A DNA stretch of 64,000 nt from Candidatus Methanomethylicaceae archaeon GD_Cm_T35_P0_bin.15 (GCA_038801785.1 JAULTD010000003.1:15169-79168), one strand, 5' to 3'. Positions 29,890-39,871 are shown, numbered from the stretch's first letter. The notes: generated by a model from the letters alone, not told the origin. Made by a program: numbers and translations.

Positions 29890-30330
29890 TCACTCATTCA
29901 GAACCTTCAGGGTCTCGCTGATCCTTCTCCAGTGGCTACCGCGCCAATAAATCTTTCCACAAGTGCGGCACACCCACACTGGCTGGACGTCGGGCACGCT
30001 GCCGCATGGGAGGGAGCCCTTCTCGGCCTCGGCGAGGGGCGTGTTGCAGGCGGGGCACCTTGACCCCGCTGGCCCCTCCCCCCCGAGGAGGCCCGAGATC
30101 TCGGTCAGCTCGCCGGGGATGTCCAGGGACCGTATCAGGAAGGAGGGGACGCCGAGGGCAGCAGCGCGCCTGAAAAGGGGGGCGTCCCGCGTCAGGAGGA
30201 CCCTGCCCTCCCTCCTGGACTTCTCGATCAGATCGCTGTCCTCCAGCCCGGGCTCGTACGCGGCGTCATACCCGATTATGCGGAGCCACCTGGCGAGCTT
30301 TCCGAGCATTGCGTCTACCAAGAAGCGCAA
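29890..30330 (-). CDS. Mut7-C RNase-like (PIN + Zn-ribbon) protein
   Basis: FLVDAMLGKLARWLR..GYD, LLTRD, RCPACN, C..CGKIYW.GSH. Confidence 0.92.
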   Translation of the reverse strand: MRFLVDAMLGKLARWLRIIGYDAAYEPGLEDSDLIEKSRREGRVLLTRDAPLFRRAAALGVPSFLIRSLDIPGELTEISGLLGGEGPAGSRCPACNTPLAEAEKGSLPCGSVPDVQPVWVCRTCGKIYWRGSHWRRISETLKVLNE

Positions 30331-31134
30331 TCATTGTTCCCCTGGGAAGCTCCCCACTATGTAGTTGAGTATCTCGCTGGGTGAGATTACCCCCGAGATC
30401 CTGCACGAGTCGGTGGTGATCAGCCCGGGGAGGCGCTCCTTCATTATCCTGCGCGATGCCTCGCCAAGGGGCGCCGATTCGTCCACGAGAGGCACCTCCC
30501 GCCTCATGCTCGCCGAGATCGAGAGCTGCCGTATCCTCGCCTTCTGATGCTTCTCGGGGTTGTACTTCTGGAAGTCGATGAGGGCGTTGAGCACCTCCCT
30601 CTCATCCGTGACGCCGAGGAGCCGCCCATCCTCGTTGATCACGGGTATGATCGGTATGCCGCTGTCGAGGATCATCTTCCGGGCATGGATGATCCGGTCG
30701 TGCGGCCTCAGCTGGGGGAAGCCCCGCCTGACGAGCGATGAGATGCTGACCGTCGAGTCCTCGACGAACTTCAGCATCTCCCTCTGATAGACCAGGCCCA
30801 GGAATGTGTCACCGTAGAACATCGGGAGGGCGGGGGCGTCCAGCTCAAGGAGGAGCTTGGCAGCCCTGCGTACGGGCGTATCGGTGGCGAGCTGGGCAGG
30901 GAACTCTCTCACAAACCCCGATATGTAGAGGGATTCGGGGGCCACAGTCCTCAGCCTCTGGGTACCTATCCTGAAGAGGACATCGCTGAAGGAGAGGGTG
31001 CCGAGGGGCTTCTCCCCGTCGACCACGCAGATGCTCTCCAGACCCCTGCTGTTGAGTACGTCAATCGCGTCGACGAGCGGGCGGTTTTTGCTCAGCATCG
31101 GTACGTCTTTTAGCACCACGTCGGTTAACTTCAT
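30331..31134 (-). CDS. CBS-domain protein (two CBS pairs)
   Basis: Repeated CBS patterns (IPIIPVINEDGRLLGV); part of a CBS gene cluster. Confidence 0.85.
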   Translation of the reverse strand: MKLTDVVLKDVPMLSKNRPLVDAIDVLNSRGLESICVVDGEKPLGTLSFSDVLFRIGTQRLRTVAPESLYISGFVREFPAQLATDTPVRRAAKLLLELDAPALPMFYGDTFLGLVYQREMLKFVEDSTVSISSLVRRGFPQLRPHDRIIHARKMILDSGIPIIPVINEDGRLLGVTDEREVLNALIDFQKYNPEKHQKARIRQLSISASMRREVPLVDESAPLGEASRRIMKERLPGLITTDSCRISGVISPSEILNYIVGSFPGEQ

Positions 31135-31988
31135 CTTTTTTTACCCCTCCCCTTGGCCAGGGCGTTCACAAAATCAATCTTCCTGATCAGACCTACCAGA
31201 TCCCCCTTGCTATTCACCACAGGCATGCCTCCGATATCGTTCTCAATGAGCTTCCCGGCTGCCAGCCCTGCGTCGGCTGACTCGTCTATAAGGATGGGGT
31301 CGTGGGTCATCACGTCCCCCACAGTAGGGACGAGGTATATCCGTGTGGGGAAGAACACCTCGCCCTCGTTCTTGCTCACCTTGACGAACGGGTCGTTCTT
31401 CCCCCTCCCCCTGTAGGACCTGACGAGTGAGAGGTCTGTCTCGGTGATGACGCCGATCGGCTTCCCGGACTCGACTATGATCACGATGTCCGAGGATTTC
31501 TCGTCCATGACGTCCATCGCGTGGAATATTGTTTGCGAAGGCTGCAGCACAGGCACTTTGTCGAGGCCGATCGCGAGATCCCTGACAGAGTACCTCCCCC
31601 CCATGTTCTCTGCGAAGTATCTGGTGAGGTCGGTCTTTGTCACTATGCCGGTCAGCTCGGAGTTGTAGACAGGGAGCCCGCTTACCCCCTCCTCGACCAT
31701 CTTTCTGGCGGCGTCCTCGATCGGGTCGGTCTCCCTTGCTGTTGAGATCGGACACCTCATGACCTCCGCAACCGTGATAGAGTCGAGGTCCCTCCGCCGC
31801 ATCTTGTAGTTCTTGAACGCCCTCATGATGTCCTTCTTCGTGATCATCCCTATGGGGCGGTCCCCGTCCATCACGATAAGCCGGCTTATCTTTTCCCTGA
31901 GCATCATGTTCCTCGCGCGGGCGATGGACTCGTCCCTCCCCAGAACGACCACGGGCGTTTGCATAATGTCCCTCAATACAACAGACAT
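31131..31988 (-). CDS. CBS-domain protein (two CBS pairs)
   Basis: ISRLIV..G..PIGMIT.KD, SGLPV..GIVTKTD, GGMPVV..G.LVG. Confidence 0.9.
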   Translation of the reverse strand: MSVVLRDIMQTPVVVLGRDESIARARNMMLREKISRLIVMDGDRPIGMITKKDIMRAFKNYKMRRRDLDSITVAEVMRCPISTARETDPIEDAARKMVEEGVSGLPVYNSELTGIVTKTDLTRYFAENMGGRYSVRDLAIGLDKVPVLQPSQTIFHAMDVMDEKSSDIVIIVESGKPIGVITETDLSLVRSYRGRGKNDPFVKVSKNEGEVFFPTRIYLVPTVGDVMTHDPILIDESADAGLAAGKLIENDIGGMPVVNSKGDLVGLIRKIDFVNALAKGRGKKR

Positions 31989-32244
31989 TTAGTCAACCTC
32001 CCAATTGGGGCTGGAAGAGCAGCCTGGCGCGCGGTCCTCCTGCGTGGGCGCTCCCCGGGAAGAGCCTTGGTCCTGCTCTGGCGGATGTTCCCTCCGGCTG
32101 GCGCTGGGCGCATCTGGGGACCGGGATCGGAGGAGAGGCCGGGACAGAGGCCCATGGAGGCGTCGCGGTTCGATGGCTTTCCACGACTGCCGCATGCGCA
32201 GACGCAGATGCATATGACACTGGGCGTATTCTCCCGATCAAGAT

Positions 32245-32799
32245 TTAGACGCCTGACTCCAGCCTACACTCCTCGCATATGAACTGCCCGTTGACCTCTT
32301 TGAGGGAGTCCGACCACTGATCGCAGCTGTCGCAGAAGCCGGCCAGCAGTTCCCCCTTCCTCGACGGCAGGAGCCGGTTCCGGGTGGCTTCGGTGAGCAC
32401 CTCCACCAGTTCCGGAGTGGCAGAGAGGATATCCCTCGATGTAATTATCCCGGCCATCTCGCCCTTGTCCACCACGACCAGCCGCCTCACCCTCAGCTTG
32501 GCCATCTTCCTCGTGGCTTCCATGACATCCGCCTTCGAGTCGATGACTGAAAGAGGGTAGCTCATTATGTTCTTCGCGAGGGTTGTTCCCGGGTTGAGGC
32601 CCTTGGAGAGGACCCTCTCGACAAGATCCCGCTCGGTTATTATTCCGACCGGGTGCGAGTCCCTGACGACGATCACGGACCCGACGCCGTTGCTGCTCAT
32701 GGCGGTGGCAACATCTCTGGCGCTGGAGTTCTCGGACAGGGTAACGAGGTTTTTGGTCATGACATCGCCGACAAGAACCCTAGCGCGTATGCCGACCAT
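32245..32799 (-). CDS. CBS-pair protein with C-terminal Zn ribbon
   Basis: GIITERD, VRRLVVV..GIITSRD; CDSC...CEEC tail. Confidence 0.9.
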   Translation of the reverse strand: MVGIRARVLVGDVMTKNLVTLSENSSARDVATAMSSNGVGSVIVVRDSHPVGIITERDLVERVLSKGLNPGTTLAKNIMSYPLSVIDSKADVMEATRKMAKLRVRRLVVVDKGEMAGIITSRDILSATPELVEVLTEATRNRLLPSRKGELLAGFCDSCDQWSDSLKEVNGQFICEECRLESGV

Positions 32800-33023
32800 T
32801 TGCAGCCCCATTAACACTATCATGCAGGGGATATATATATTGAATCACGCGGTTCTGCGACGTTGGCGGTCGGCCTGGTGCGCACGCCGGGCATACTGAT
32901 ACAGCATGCGGTTTCGGCCGGCCTGCAGCCCTGCGCCAAGAATCGGGGACAGGTCCGTGCTGCCTACAGGCAGGCAATCCCCGGGCCGAGCCGCATAGCC
33001 AGCCGGGGAGTACACGGAACCGG

Positions 33024-34964
33024 CTACGCCACCGAGCACCCTCCCGGAGGCACGACAGACCCGATCTCGCCGTCAGGGATCGCCCGGATTATCCTCCTCT
33101 CGAGGTCGGAGGGTGCACGGCCCGCGGCCGCCTCCCTCACCTTCTCGGCCAAGTCTGCGCCCTTCAGCGCCCCGGGCGTCAGTACGGCGTAGGACGGGGT
33201 TGAGCCCTTCACGAACTCCTCGCCACCTACGATTATGCCGAACGCGCCTTCTGAGAACCTCACCCCGAGGAGGAGGGAGAGGGGGATGTTCCGGACATAG
33301 TTCCTCGTCCCGTAGATCATGAATGCGCCCTTCCCGAGGTACTCGCCCGAGGGCGGGGTCTTGGTCACCTGCTCCGAGCCGACCCAGTAGCCGTCCGAGA
33401 CGCCCAAACCCGCCCTCCAGGCCCGCGAGTATGCCACCGCGAACGCCACCGCATCGGCCTTCACCCTATCGGGTATGTCCCTCCCCTCAGACTTTACTAT
33501 GACGACCGAGCCGCCAGGGAGGTCCGAGTGGGCGAAGACGTCCTTCGGGCCCATGTGCTTCTTTACCAGGATCTCGTTCTGGGTGGCGTCCTTTCCCCCC
33601 AAGATGAGGAAGCCTGATGAGAGGGTCCACCTGAAGCGCTCGTACCATGCCCTCTTCATCGCCTTGACCGTCACGTCCGGCGCCACCTTGATCAGGCCCT
33701 CCCTCAGTTCACGCATCTTCGCCTCGGTCTCTGCCATCGCGGCCCTCAGGCCCTCCAGCTTCTTTGCTGCCTCTTTCGACCTGGCGAAGCGTTCCTCTGC
33801 GTTCCTGGTGGCGGACTGTCTAAAGTCGATCTCCAGCTTCTGGCCGCCCAGAGAGACGGTCATGGTCCCCTTCGAGTGATCCAGCGACTCCACGCCGAGC
33901 CCCCTCACCGAGGATTCTATGCCCGCCCAGCCCTCCCCCGCCTTCCTCGCCGAGAGGACCCTCTCGATCGCGGGCTGGAGGGTGCCGAGGTTGGCCAGGA
34001 TCAGCTTCCCCGCAGCGCTGTACCGGGCCTTCTCCTCCTCGAGCTCGCCGGCGTGTGCGGCCTGCCTTGACAGGATCGCCTGCAGATCCTCAAGCTTCTG
34101 TTCGATGGGCGACCGTTTCCCCGACTCTGCCCCCTCTGCCCGGACGGCGGAGAAGTACTCATCCACGGCGTCGTTGAAGGTCTCGAAGCGCTTCGCCTCC
34201 CTCTGGCGGAAGGCTACCGGCAGGACTGTGGAGTACCTGCCGTCCTCCAGCACGATGTTGGGCTGGAAGCGGCCGTCCCTGACCTCCTCCACGAGGGCGC
34301 GGGCGCTAGCCAGGAAGGAGTTCAGCTCCTCCTGGCTCACCTCCGAGGGGGAGCCGGGGTTGAGGGAGGCCCGCAGAAGCGCCTCTTCCACTACCTCGGC
34401 GGGGGCGTTCAGCGCCCTGGTCAGGGACCTGACGAGGCTTACCTTGGACCTTATCGCCCCGGCCTCGAGCGGCATGAAGAGGTCCTGCCCCCGCTGAGGC
34501 GGGGGGGAGTACCGGTAGCCGACCTTTACCGTCCGATCCTTCATCGAGAGCGTGAGAAGCGTGTACCTGATCGTCCCGTCTGGGCCGGTCACGACGATGT
34601 TGCCGCTGCCGAACAGTTCAAAGTAGATCCTCAGGCGCTCTCCGCCGCGGGAGGCGTCCATGTGGAGGATCCTGTCGAAGTCGACCTGGCCCACCCCTTC
34701 CACCTTTGCTGACGAGAGCAGCCTCCTGAGGGCGAGCGCCTTCGCCGTGGGGGCAGCCGGGATGCGGTATTTCACGCGTGTAAGGTTCAGCCGCCTCCCC
34801 GGCTCTACTATAAGGTTGGCCTGGCCGGATTTTGCGTGGAACCTGAAGAGGAAGCTGCCGCCATCCAGCTGGTAGACGTTCTCAATGCGAGCACTTATAA
34901 GCACGGATTCCAGTTCTTTAACGAGAGCCAAGAGGTCTAGAGATGTCAGGCCAAGCTTCACCAC
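33024..34964 (-). CDS. Ribosome quality-control factor Rqc2/NEMF (RqcH) family
   Basis: NFACT-N with FDRI and ELF..GNIV, coiled coil, WYERFRW, GGKDATQNE, PSGEYLGKGAFMIYG. Confidence 0.92.
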   Translation of the reverse strand: MVKLGLTSLDLLALVKELESVLISARIENVYQLDGGSFLFRFHAKSGQANLIVEPGRRLNLTRVKYRIPAAPTAKALALRRLLSSAKVEGVGQVDFDRILHMDASRGGERLRIYFELFGSGNIVVTGPDGTIRYTLLTLSMKDRTVKVGYRYSPPPQRGQDLFMPLEAGAIRSKVSLVRSLTRALNAPAEVVEEALLRASLNPGSPSEVSQEELNSFLASARALVEEVRDGRFQPNIVLEDGRYSTVLPVAFRQREAKRFETFNDAVDEYFSAVRAEGAESGKRSPIEQKLEDLQAILSRQAAHAGELEEEKARYSAAGKLILANLGTLQPAIERVLSARKAGEGWAGIESSVRGLGVESLDHSKGTMTVSLGGQKLEIDFRQSATRNAEERFARSKEAAKKLEGLRAAMAETEAKMRELREGLIKVAPDVTVKAMKRAWYERFRWTLSSGFLILGGKDATQNEILVKKHMGPKDVFAHSDLPGGSVVIVKSEGRDIPDRVKADAVAFAVAYSRAWRAGLGVSDGYWVGSEQVTKTPPSGEYLGKGAFMIYGTRNYVRNIPLSLLLGVRFSEGAFGIIVGGEEFVKGSTPSYAVLTPGALKGADLAEKVREAAAGRAPSDLERRIIRAIPDGEIGSVVPPGGCSVA

Positions 34965-35257
34965 AACCGCCTCCCAAGGCGCCTGTCAGATATCGCATGA
35001 TGTACTATACTAGGGTGGCATTTGCATTTATAGGCGGCGTACTGGCGGGTGCGCTCAATATCAGAGGGGATCTGGGGCTGCTCATGGGGGTAGCGATCTT
35101 CCTGCTCACCTACCTGATCTTCAGGTATATCCGGTACTTCAGCGAGGGGAGCCCTGACAAGAAGAAGCTATACATGACCGGCATCTTCTCCTTCTTCCTA
35201 CTCTTCCTGGCGATGTGGATCCTCTCGATCAACCTGTTCTACCCGGTGATGCCTTAG
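34943..35257 (+). CDS. Small 3-TM membrane protein, EMC6-like (start uncertain, possibly ATG near 34998)
   Basis: YYTR...GVLAGALN..G..G, TM2, TG.FSFFL.F...W....N pattern. Confidence 0.6.
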   Translation: MSGQASPQPPPKAPVRYRMMYYTRVAFAFIGGVLAGALNIRGDLGLLMGVAIFLLTYLIFRYIRYFSEGSPDKKKLYMTGIFSFFLLFLAMWILSINLFYPVMP

Positions 35258-35729
35258 GCTTCTTCCTGGGCATGACCTCGTACCCTGACTCTTCAAGATC
35301 GGGACCGGATCCCGATGCGGCCGGAGCGGCTTTCGGTTTGGCCTGATCCTCCTTGGGGTAGTCAGGATAGCTCTCCTTCAGCTCGGATAACGCCTTCGCC
35401 GCGATCTCCCATGCGATGAGGAAGCCCCGCTCATAGTCGTCGACGGTTGCCCGGTAGGCCTCCTGCTTGAACTTCTCGGAGAGCTGCGCGATCTCCTTCG
35501 GCTCGCCGTTCAGGTAGAGCTTGACGAAGAGGGAGCTGCCGTCGCGCTCCTTCGAGGCGATGTAGATCCCTCGGAGGGCATCGAAGAAGCCCCGGCCGGC
35601 CTCGCCCATCGGTGAGAGCTTGGTCTTTACCGGCCCCAGATCCTGCTCGGCCCTCGCCAGGCTCCTGAAATACACAAAGCGGACTATCTGCGACGCCTCG
35701 GGCGAGAGCTTGTGGAGCGCGTCGTACAT
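35229..35729 (-). CDS. Hypothetical protein
   Basis: Genome-typical codon usage; DDYERGF..AW segment; fills the gap between convergent and divergent neighbours. Confidence 0.6.
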   Translation of the reverse strand: MYDALHKLSPEASQIVRFVYFRSLARAEQDLGPVKTKLSPMGEAGRGFFDALRGIYIASKERDGSSLFVKLYLNGEPKEIAQLSEKFKQEAYRATVDDYERGFLIAWEIAAKALSELKESYPDYPKEDQAKPKAAPAASGSGPDLEESGYEVMPRKKPKASPGRTG

Positions 35730-35793
35730 CGACAAGGGAACCACACCCCTTATTTGGACCAACCGTCTTATCAAATCTCCGATGTGGTAGAGG

Positions 35794-36681
35794 GTGAAGG
35801 CCAGAGAGGTCGCGGAAGCCATCAGGACCCTCGAGACGAGCCTCCCGGGCGACGTCGAGGATGCGCTGGAGAGGTGCCTCAGGGCAGAGGAGGGGAACTC
35901 GAGGAGGGTGATGGAGGCGATCCTAGAGAACGTCAGGTATGCCAGGGAGAAGGGGATACCGATCTGCCAGGACACGGGGACGCTGGTCTTCTTCGCCAAG
36001 TGCAGTGCGCGGGCGGCCGAGGCCATCAGGGAGGGCGTCGAGATCGCGACGGTGGAGGTCCCGCTCAGGGCAAATACCGTCGACCCCTTCACTAGGGAGA
36101 ACGACGGGAGGAACCTCGGTAGGGGCAATCCGATCATCCATCTCGAGTGGGAGGGGGAAAAGAGGAGGTGCGGTGGGGGAGGTGGGGGCGGGAGCAGTGT
36201 GGAGGAGGGTGGCGGTGACGCTCCGACGGTCATCTCGATCCTGGCGAAGGGCGCCGGCTCTGAGAACGTGAGCAGGTCGTTCATGCTCGACCCGGACCGC
36301 GGGATCGAGGGGGTGAGGGAGGGCGTCATAGATACGGTGAGGGTTGCCGGCGCGAAGCCCTGCCCCCCGATAGTCATCGGAGTGGGCGTCGGGGGCTCTC
36401 TGGAGTGGTCGGCTTACCTCTCGAAGAAGGCGCTGCTCAGGCCGCTGGGCAGGAGGGCGGAGGACCCGACCGTGGCCAGACTGGAAGAGGACCTGCTCAG
36501 CAGGATCAACGCCCTCGGGATCGGACCGATGGGGTTCGGCGGGAAGACGACCGCGCTGGGGGTCAGTGTCGAGTGGGCGTACTGCCACACGGCAAGCCTG
36601 CCGGTCTCGGTGAGCATCCAGTGCTGGGCCCTGAGGAGGGTGACGGCGGAGTGGGGCAGGGACGGTTTCCACATAAGGTGA
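35794..36681 (+). CDS. Class I fumarate hydratase / tartrate dehydratase alpha subunit
   Basis: PICQDTG, KGAGSEN, PCPP..IGVGVGG, IGPMGFGGKTT, HTASLPV, QCWA. Confidence 0.93.
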   Translation: MKAREVAEAIRTLETSLPGDVEDALERCLRAEEGNSRRVMEAILENVRYAREKGIPICQDTGTLVFFAKCSARAAEAIREGVEIATVEVPLRANTVDPFTRENDGRNLGRGNPIIHLEWEGEKRRCGGGGGGGSSVEEGGGDAPTVISILAKGAGSENVSRSFMLDPDRGIEGVREGVIDTVRVAGAKPCPPIVIGVGVGGSLEWSAYLSKKALLRPLGRRAEDPTVARLEEDLLSRINALGIGPMGFGGKTTALGVSVEWAYCHTASLPVSVSIQCWALRRVTAEWGRDGFHIR

Positions 36682-36693
36682 GGTGACACGCCA

Positions 36694-37251
36694 ATGACCG
36701 GGACGACAACCAGCGGAGGCACGAGGACGCTGAAGCTGAGGACCCCCCTCAGAGATGCGGCCAGCCTGAGGGTGGGCGATGTGGTCTACCTCTCGGGCGA
36801 GGTCTATACGATGAGGGATCAGGCACACCTCAGGGCTGTGCGCCTCATCAAGGGAGGGGGGGAGCTCCCGTTCGATCTGACGGGCGCCGTAGTCTACCAC
36901 TGCGGCCCCCTGGTGAAGGGGGGGAGGGTGATCTCCGCCGGGCCGACCACCAGCATGAGGATGGAGAGGAGCGAGCCTGATCTGATACGCCTCACCGGCC
37001 TGTCGGGCATCGTGGGTAAGGGCGGGATGGGAAAGTCGACCTTGGAGGCGCTTGCAGAATGCGGCGCGGCGTACATGGAGTACCCCGGAGGGGTGGGGGC
37101 CCTCGCCGCCCGGTCGATGGGGAAAGTCAGGGATGTCTTCTGGACAGACCTCGGCGACCCCGAGGCGGTGTGGGTGATACCCGTGGAGGACTTTGGTCCC
37201 TGCTTCGTCACGATGGACTCTCACGGCGGCATGCTCAAGAGGGATTTTTAG
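36694..37251 (+). CDS. Class I fumarate hydratase / tartrate dehydratase beta subunit
   Basis: GDVVYLSG...RDQAH, YHCGP, GPTTSMRM, GKGG, TMDSHG. Confidence 0.93.
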   Translation: MTGTTTSGGTRTLKLRTPLRDAASLRVGDVVYLSGEVYTMRDQAHLRAVRLIKGGGELPFDLTGAVVYHCGPLVKGGRVISAGPTTSMRMERSEPDLIRLTGLSGIVGKGGMGKSTLEALAECGAAYMEYPGGVGALAARSMGKVRDVFWTDLGDPEAVWVIPVEDFGPCFVTMDSHGGMLKRDF

Positions 37252-37293
37252 AAGGCTAGAGCTTAAGAAAGAGAAGAAGGGGGCGTTGGCTGC

Positions 37294-39798
37294 TCACGGG
37301 CAGGCTTTCTTCTTGTTGGCCCAGGTAGACCGGATGAGGTCGACAAAGCGCTTCGTCGCCTCTTCGGGGTTTGCAGACTTGGTTATGGCCCCGCCCACTA
37401 TAAGGATGCCCGCGCCGGCGTTCACCATCTGCGGGACCACTTCCAGCTTGATCCCGCCTGCGACGGCTACGGGGATCTTGACTGCGTGGGTCACCTGCTC
37501 CACGAGGGCTATCTTCTGCTCGACGCTCCGCTCCCTCGTCTGGGCGCTTATCCCCACGTGGAAGCAGACATAGTCGACCCCCAGCTTCTCGACCTCGACT
37601 GCCCTCGTGATGGGGTCTTTGAGGTTCATCAGGTCGACCTCGACCTTGATGCCGTACTTCCGCCCGGCGCCCACCGCCTCCTCGATCGTATAGTTGTCGG
37701 TCGCGCCCATCACCGTGACGATGTCGGCCCCGGCCTCGACCGCCAGCTCGGTCTCCAGGCAGCCGGTATCGAAGGTCTTGAGGTCCGCGACGAGTATGGC
37801 GTTCGGGCAGACCCTGCGGAGCTCCTTCACGACCCTGAGGCCCTCGGACTTTATGAGGGGGGTCCCCGCCTCGATTATGTCTGCGCCGCCCTTGTATGCG
37901 CGTTCGGCAATCGGAAGGGCGTCCTTCAGGTACCGCTCGTCGATGGCTACCTGAAGCTTCGGACCGTCGTAGAGAGGTTTGAGGCCCAACTGTGACACCT
38001 TTTTGTCTGTCGGGATTCCGTTGTAATCCCAACCTCTGACAGCGTAATACTCATTTAATAACCTATCCATATCCACAGTCTGGCCCTTCGCAGGCCCCCC
38101 GGGGAGGGGCGTCTCGAGGAACCGCTTCGGGAGGTAGTCGTCCTTCCTGCTGAACCCCTCCCTCGCATTGAAGAGGCGCTCGATGTTGTAGATCCTCTCT
38201 CCCGCCCTGTAGAACTCTTCCTGATCGAAGTAAAAGCCCGTCGCGCTCGTCAGCAGCCTGGCGTAAAAGTCGGGCTCGAAGGCAAGGGTCTTGAAGAGGG
38301 CGAGGGTGGTATACTTGCACATCACCAGGGAGTCCATCATCGCGAAGACGTCCTGCATCACCTTGGTCAGCGCAGCCTTGCTGTCGTAGGCGCCCGGGTT
38401 GAGGTAGCGCGGGACGCTCAGCACCTCCGGGGCGATCATATAGGCCCTGAGGTGGCACCCTCCCCTGTTGGAGGTGGCGTACGAGAGGGCCTGGCCCTTC
38501 ACCCCGCGGGGGTCGTAGGCCGGCAGCTCGAGGCCCTTTACGTGCATCCCGAGGTCCTCGCACTTGAGGATCTGGGAGGCGCCCTTCACCCCCTCGGCAA
38601 GTACGTTCCCTATGCCCTCTCTCATGGCGGTCTTCCTGATCAGTTCGAGTTCTGCCTGGGCGTTGCCGAACTTTGCGCCCGCCGCGTCCTCGGGCCTGAC
38701 GACATTCTTCTCGACGCACTCCATCAGGAACCCCACCGCCTGGCCCATCGAGATCGTGTCGACGCCGAGACGGTCGCAGAGGTCGTTGGCCACGGCTATC
38801 GCGTTCAGGTCGAGCACTCCGCAGTTAGGCCCAAGAGACCAGACGCTTTCGTACTCGGGGCCCTCGGTCTCGATGACCTCCCCCGACGGGAGCCTGGCCT
38901 CAGTCACCCTGCCGCACATGATGGGGCAGGCGAAGCATCCCTTCTTCCCCTTGAGGATCGTCTTGCTTATGCGCTCGCCGCAGACCATCTCCGCCTCGTC
39001 CAAGACGGCGGCAGAGTAGTTCTTCACGGGGAAGACGCCCGCCTTGTTTATCAGGTGCACTAGGACGGCGGTGCCGTACCTGCCCAGGCCGTCCCCCGTG
39101 ATGGGGTGCCCCTTGATGACCTGAAGGCTCCGCTTCACCTCCTTCATGAAGGCGTACCGGTTGGCCAGCGGGATCTCACCCCTCCCCCTGACGACGATCG
39201 CCTTCAGTTTCTTCGACCCCATGACCGCGCCTAGACCGCCCCTGGCTGCAGTCCGGTGCTTCTCGTTGAATATGCCGGCAATCTTGACGAGCCTCTCGCC
39301 TGCCGGGCCGATGCAGGAGACCCTCGCGAGGGGGTCGCCGACTATCCTCTTGAGACGATCCTCGGTCTCGAAGACGTCCAGGCCCCAGAGCGGGGATGCA
39401 TCGTGCAGCTCAGCCTTCCCGTTGATTATCGATAGGTAGACAGGGGAGTCGCTTGCGCCCTCGAAGATTATCCCGTCGAAACCTGCCCTCTTCAGCTCGG
39501 TGCCGAAGTGGCCTCCGCTGTTCGAGTCCAGAATCGTCCCCGTGGCGGGGGATTTTGCTGAGACGGAGAACCTGCCGGAGGTCGGGGCGGCGGTGCCTGT
39601 CAGCGGCCCTGTCATGAAGATGAGCTTGTTGCGGGGCCCCAGAGGGTCCACGCCTGCCGGCAGGTCGTCGTAGAGGAGCTTGGCAGCATAGCCTCTCCCC
39701 CCGATGAAGTTTGCAGCGGTCTCCCAGTCAATCTCCTCGACGGAGAGTTCCCTGGACGACAGATCGACTCGCAGTATCCTGTTCACGTATCCGCCCAC
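37294..39798 (-). CDS. Tungsten aldehyde:ferredoxin oxidoreductase fused to a C-terminal 3-hexulose-6-phosphate synthase-like domain
   Basis: AOR motifs IGGRG, GPLTG, KSPATG, IGPAGE, RGGLGAVMGSKKLKA, CFACPIMCG, GPEYE, DPRG, RGGCH; then in frame LQVAID, EAGTPLIKSEG, VADLKTFD, VAGGI, IVGGAIT (HPS/KGPDC family). Confidence 0.92.
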   Translation of the reverse strand: MGGYVNRILRVDLSSRELSVEEIDWETAANFIGGRGYAAKLLYDDLPAGVDPLGPRNKLIFMTGPLTGTAAPTSGRFSVSAKSPATGTILDSNSGGHFGTELKRAGFDGIIFEGASDSPVYLSIINGKAELHDASPLWGLDVFETEDRLKRIVGDPLARVSCIGPAGERLVKIAGIFNEKHRTAARGGLGAVMGSKKLKAIVVRGRGEIPLANRYAFMKEVKRSLQVIKGHPITGDGLGRYGTAVLVHLINKAGVFPVKNYSAAVLDEAEMVCGERISKTILKGKKGCFACPIMCGRVTEARLPSGEVIETEGPEYESVWSLGPNCGVLDLNAIAVANDLCDRLGVDTISMGQAVGFLMECVEKNVVRPEDAAGAKFGNAQAELELIRKTAMREGIGNVLAEGVKGASQILKCEDLGMHVKGLELPAYDPRGVKGQALSYATSNRGGCHLRAYMIAPEVLSVPRYLNPGAYDSKAALTKVMQDVFAMMDSLVMCKYTTLALFKTLAFEPDFYARLLTSATGFYFDQEEFYRAGERIYNIERLFNAREGFSRKDDYLPKRFLETPLPGGPAKGQTVDMDRLLNEYYAVRGWDYNGIPTDKKVSQLGLKPLYDGPKLQVAIDERYLKDALPIAERAYKGGADIIEAGTPLIKSEGLRVVKELRRVCPNAILVADLKTFDTGCLETELAVEAGADIVTVMGATDNYTIEEAVGAGRKYGIKVEVDLMNLKDPITRAVEVEKLGVDYVCFHVGISAQTRERSVEQKIALVEQVTHAVKIPVAVAGGIKLEVVPQMVNAGAGILIVGGAITKSANPEEATKRFVDLIRSTWANKKKACP

Positions 39799-39871
39799 AG
39801 CCAGTCCCCCAGAATTGGGAATAGGTAACGCCAGTACATACTTATATCTTTCCCGCAACTGATCTAAGACC

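Noticed and set aside
31990-32244. 250-nt gap in the CBS cluster with several short ORFs
   Set aside because: The ORFs are Pro/Arg/Ser-rich with no motif and I found no convincing RNA structure; left unannotated
32860-33020. GC-rich nested hairpins between rqc2 and the CBS gene
   Set aside because: Such pairing is expected by chance at this GC content; no box motifs
36150-36225. Other in-frame insertions (fumarase alpha, glycosyltransferase, glmS, birA) as further BHB introns
   Set aside because: They are tandem or purine-rich repeats with no self-complementary stem, no 4-bp helix flanked by 3-nt bulges and no stop codon
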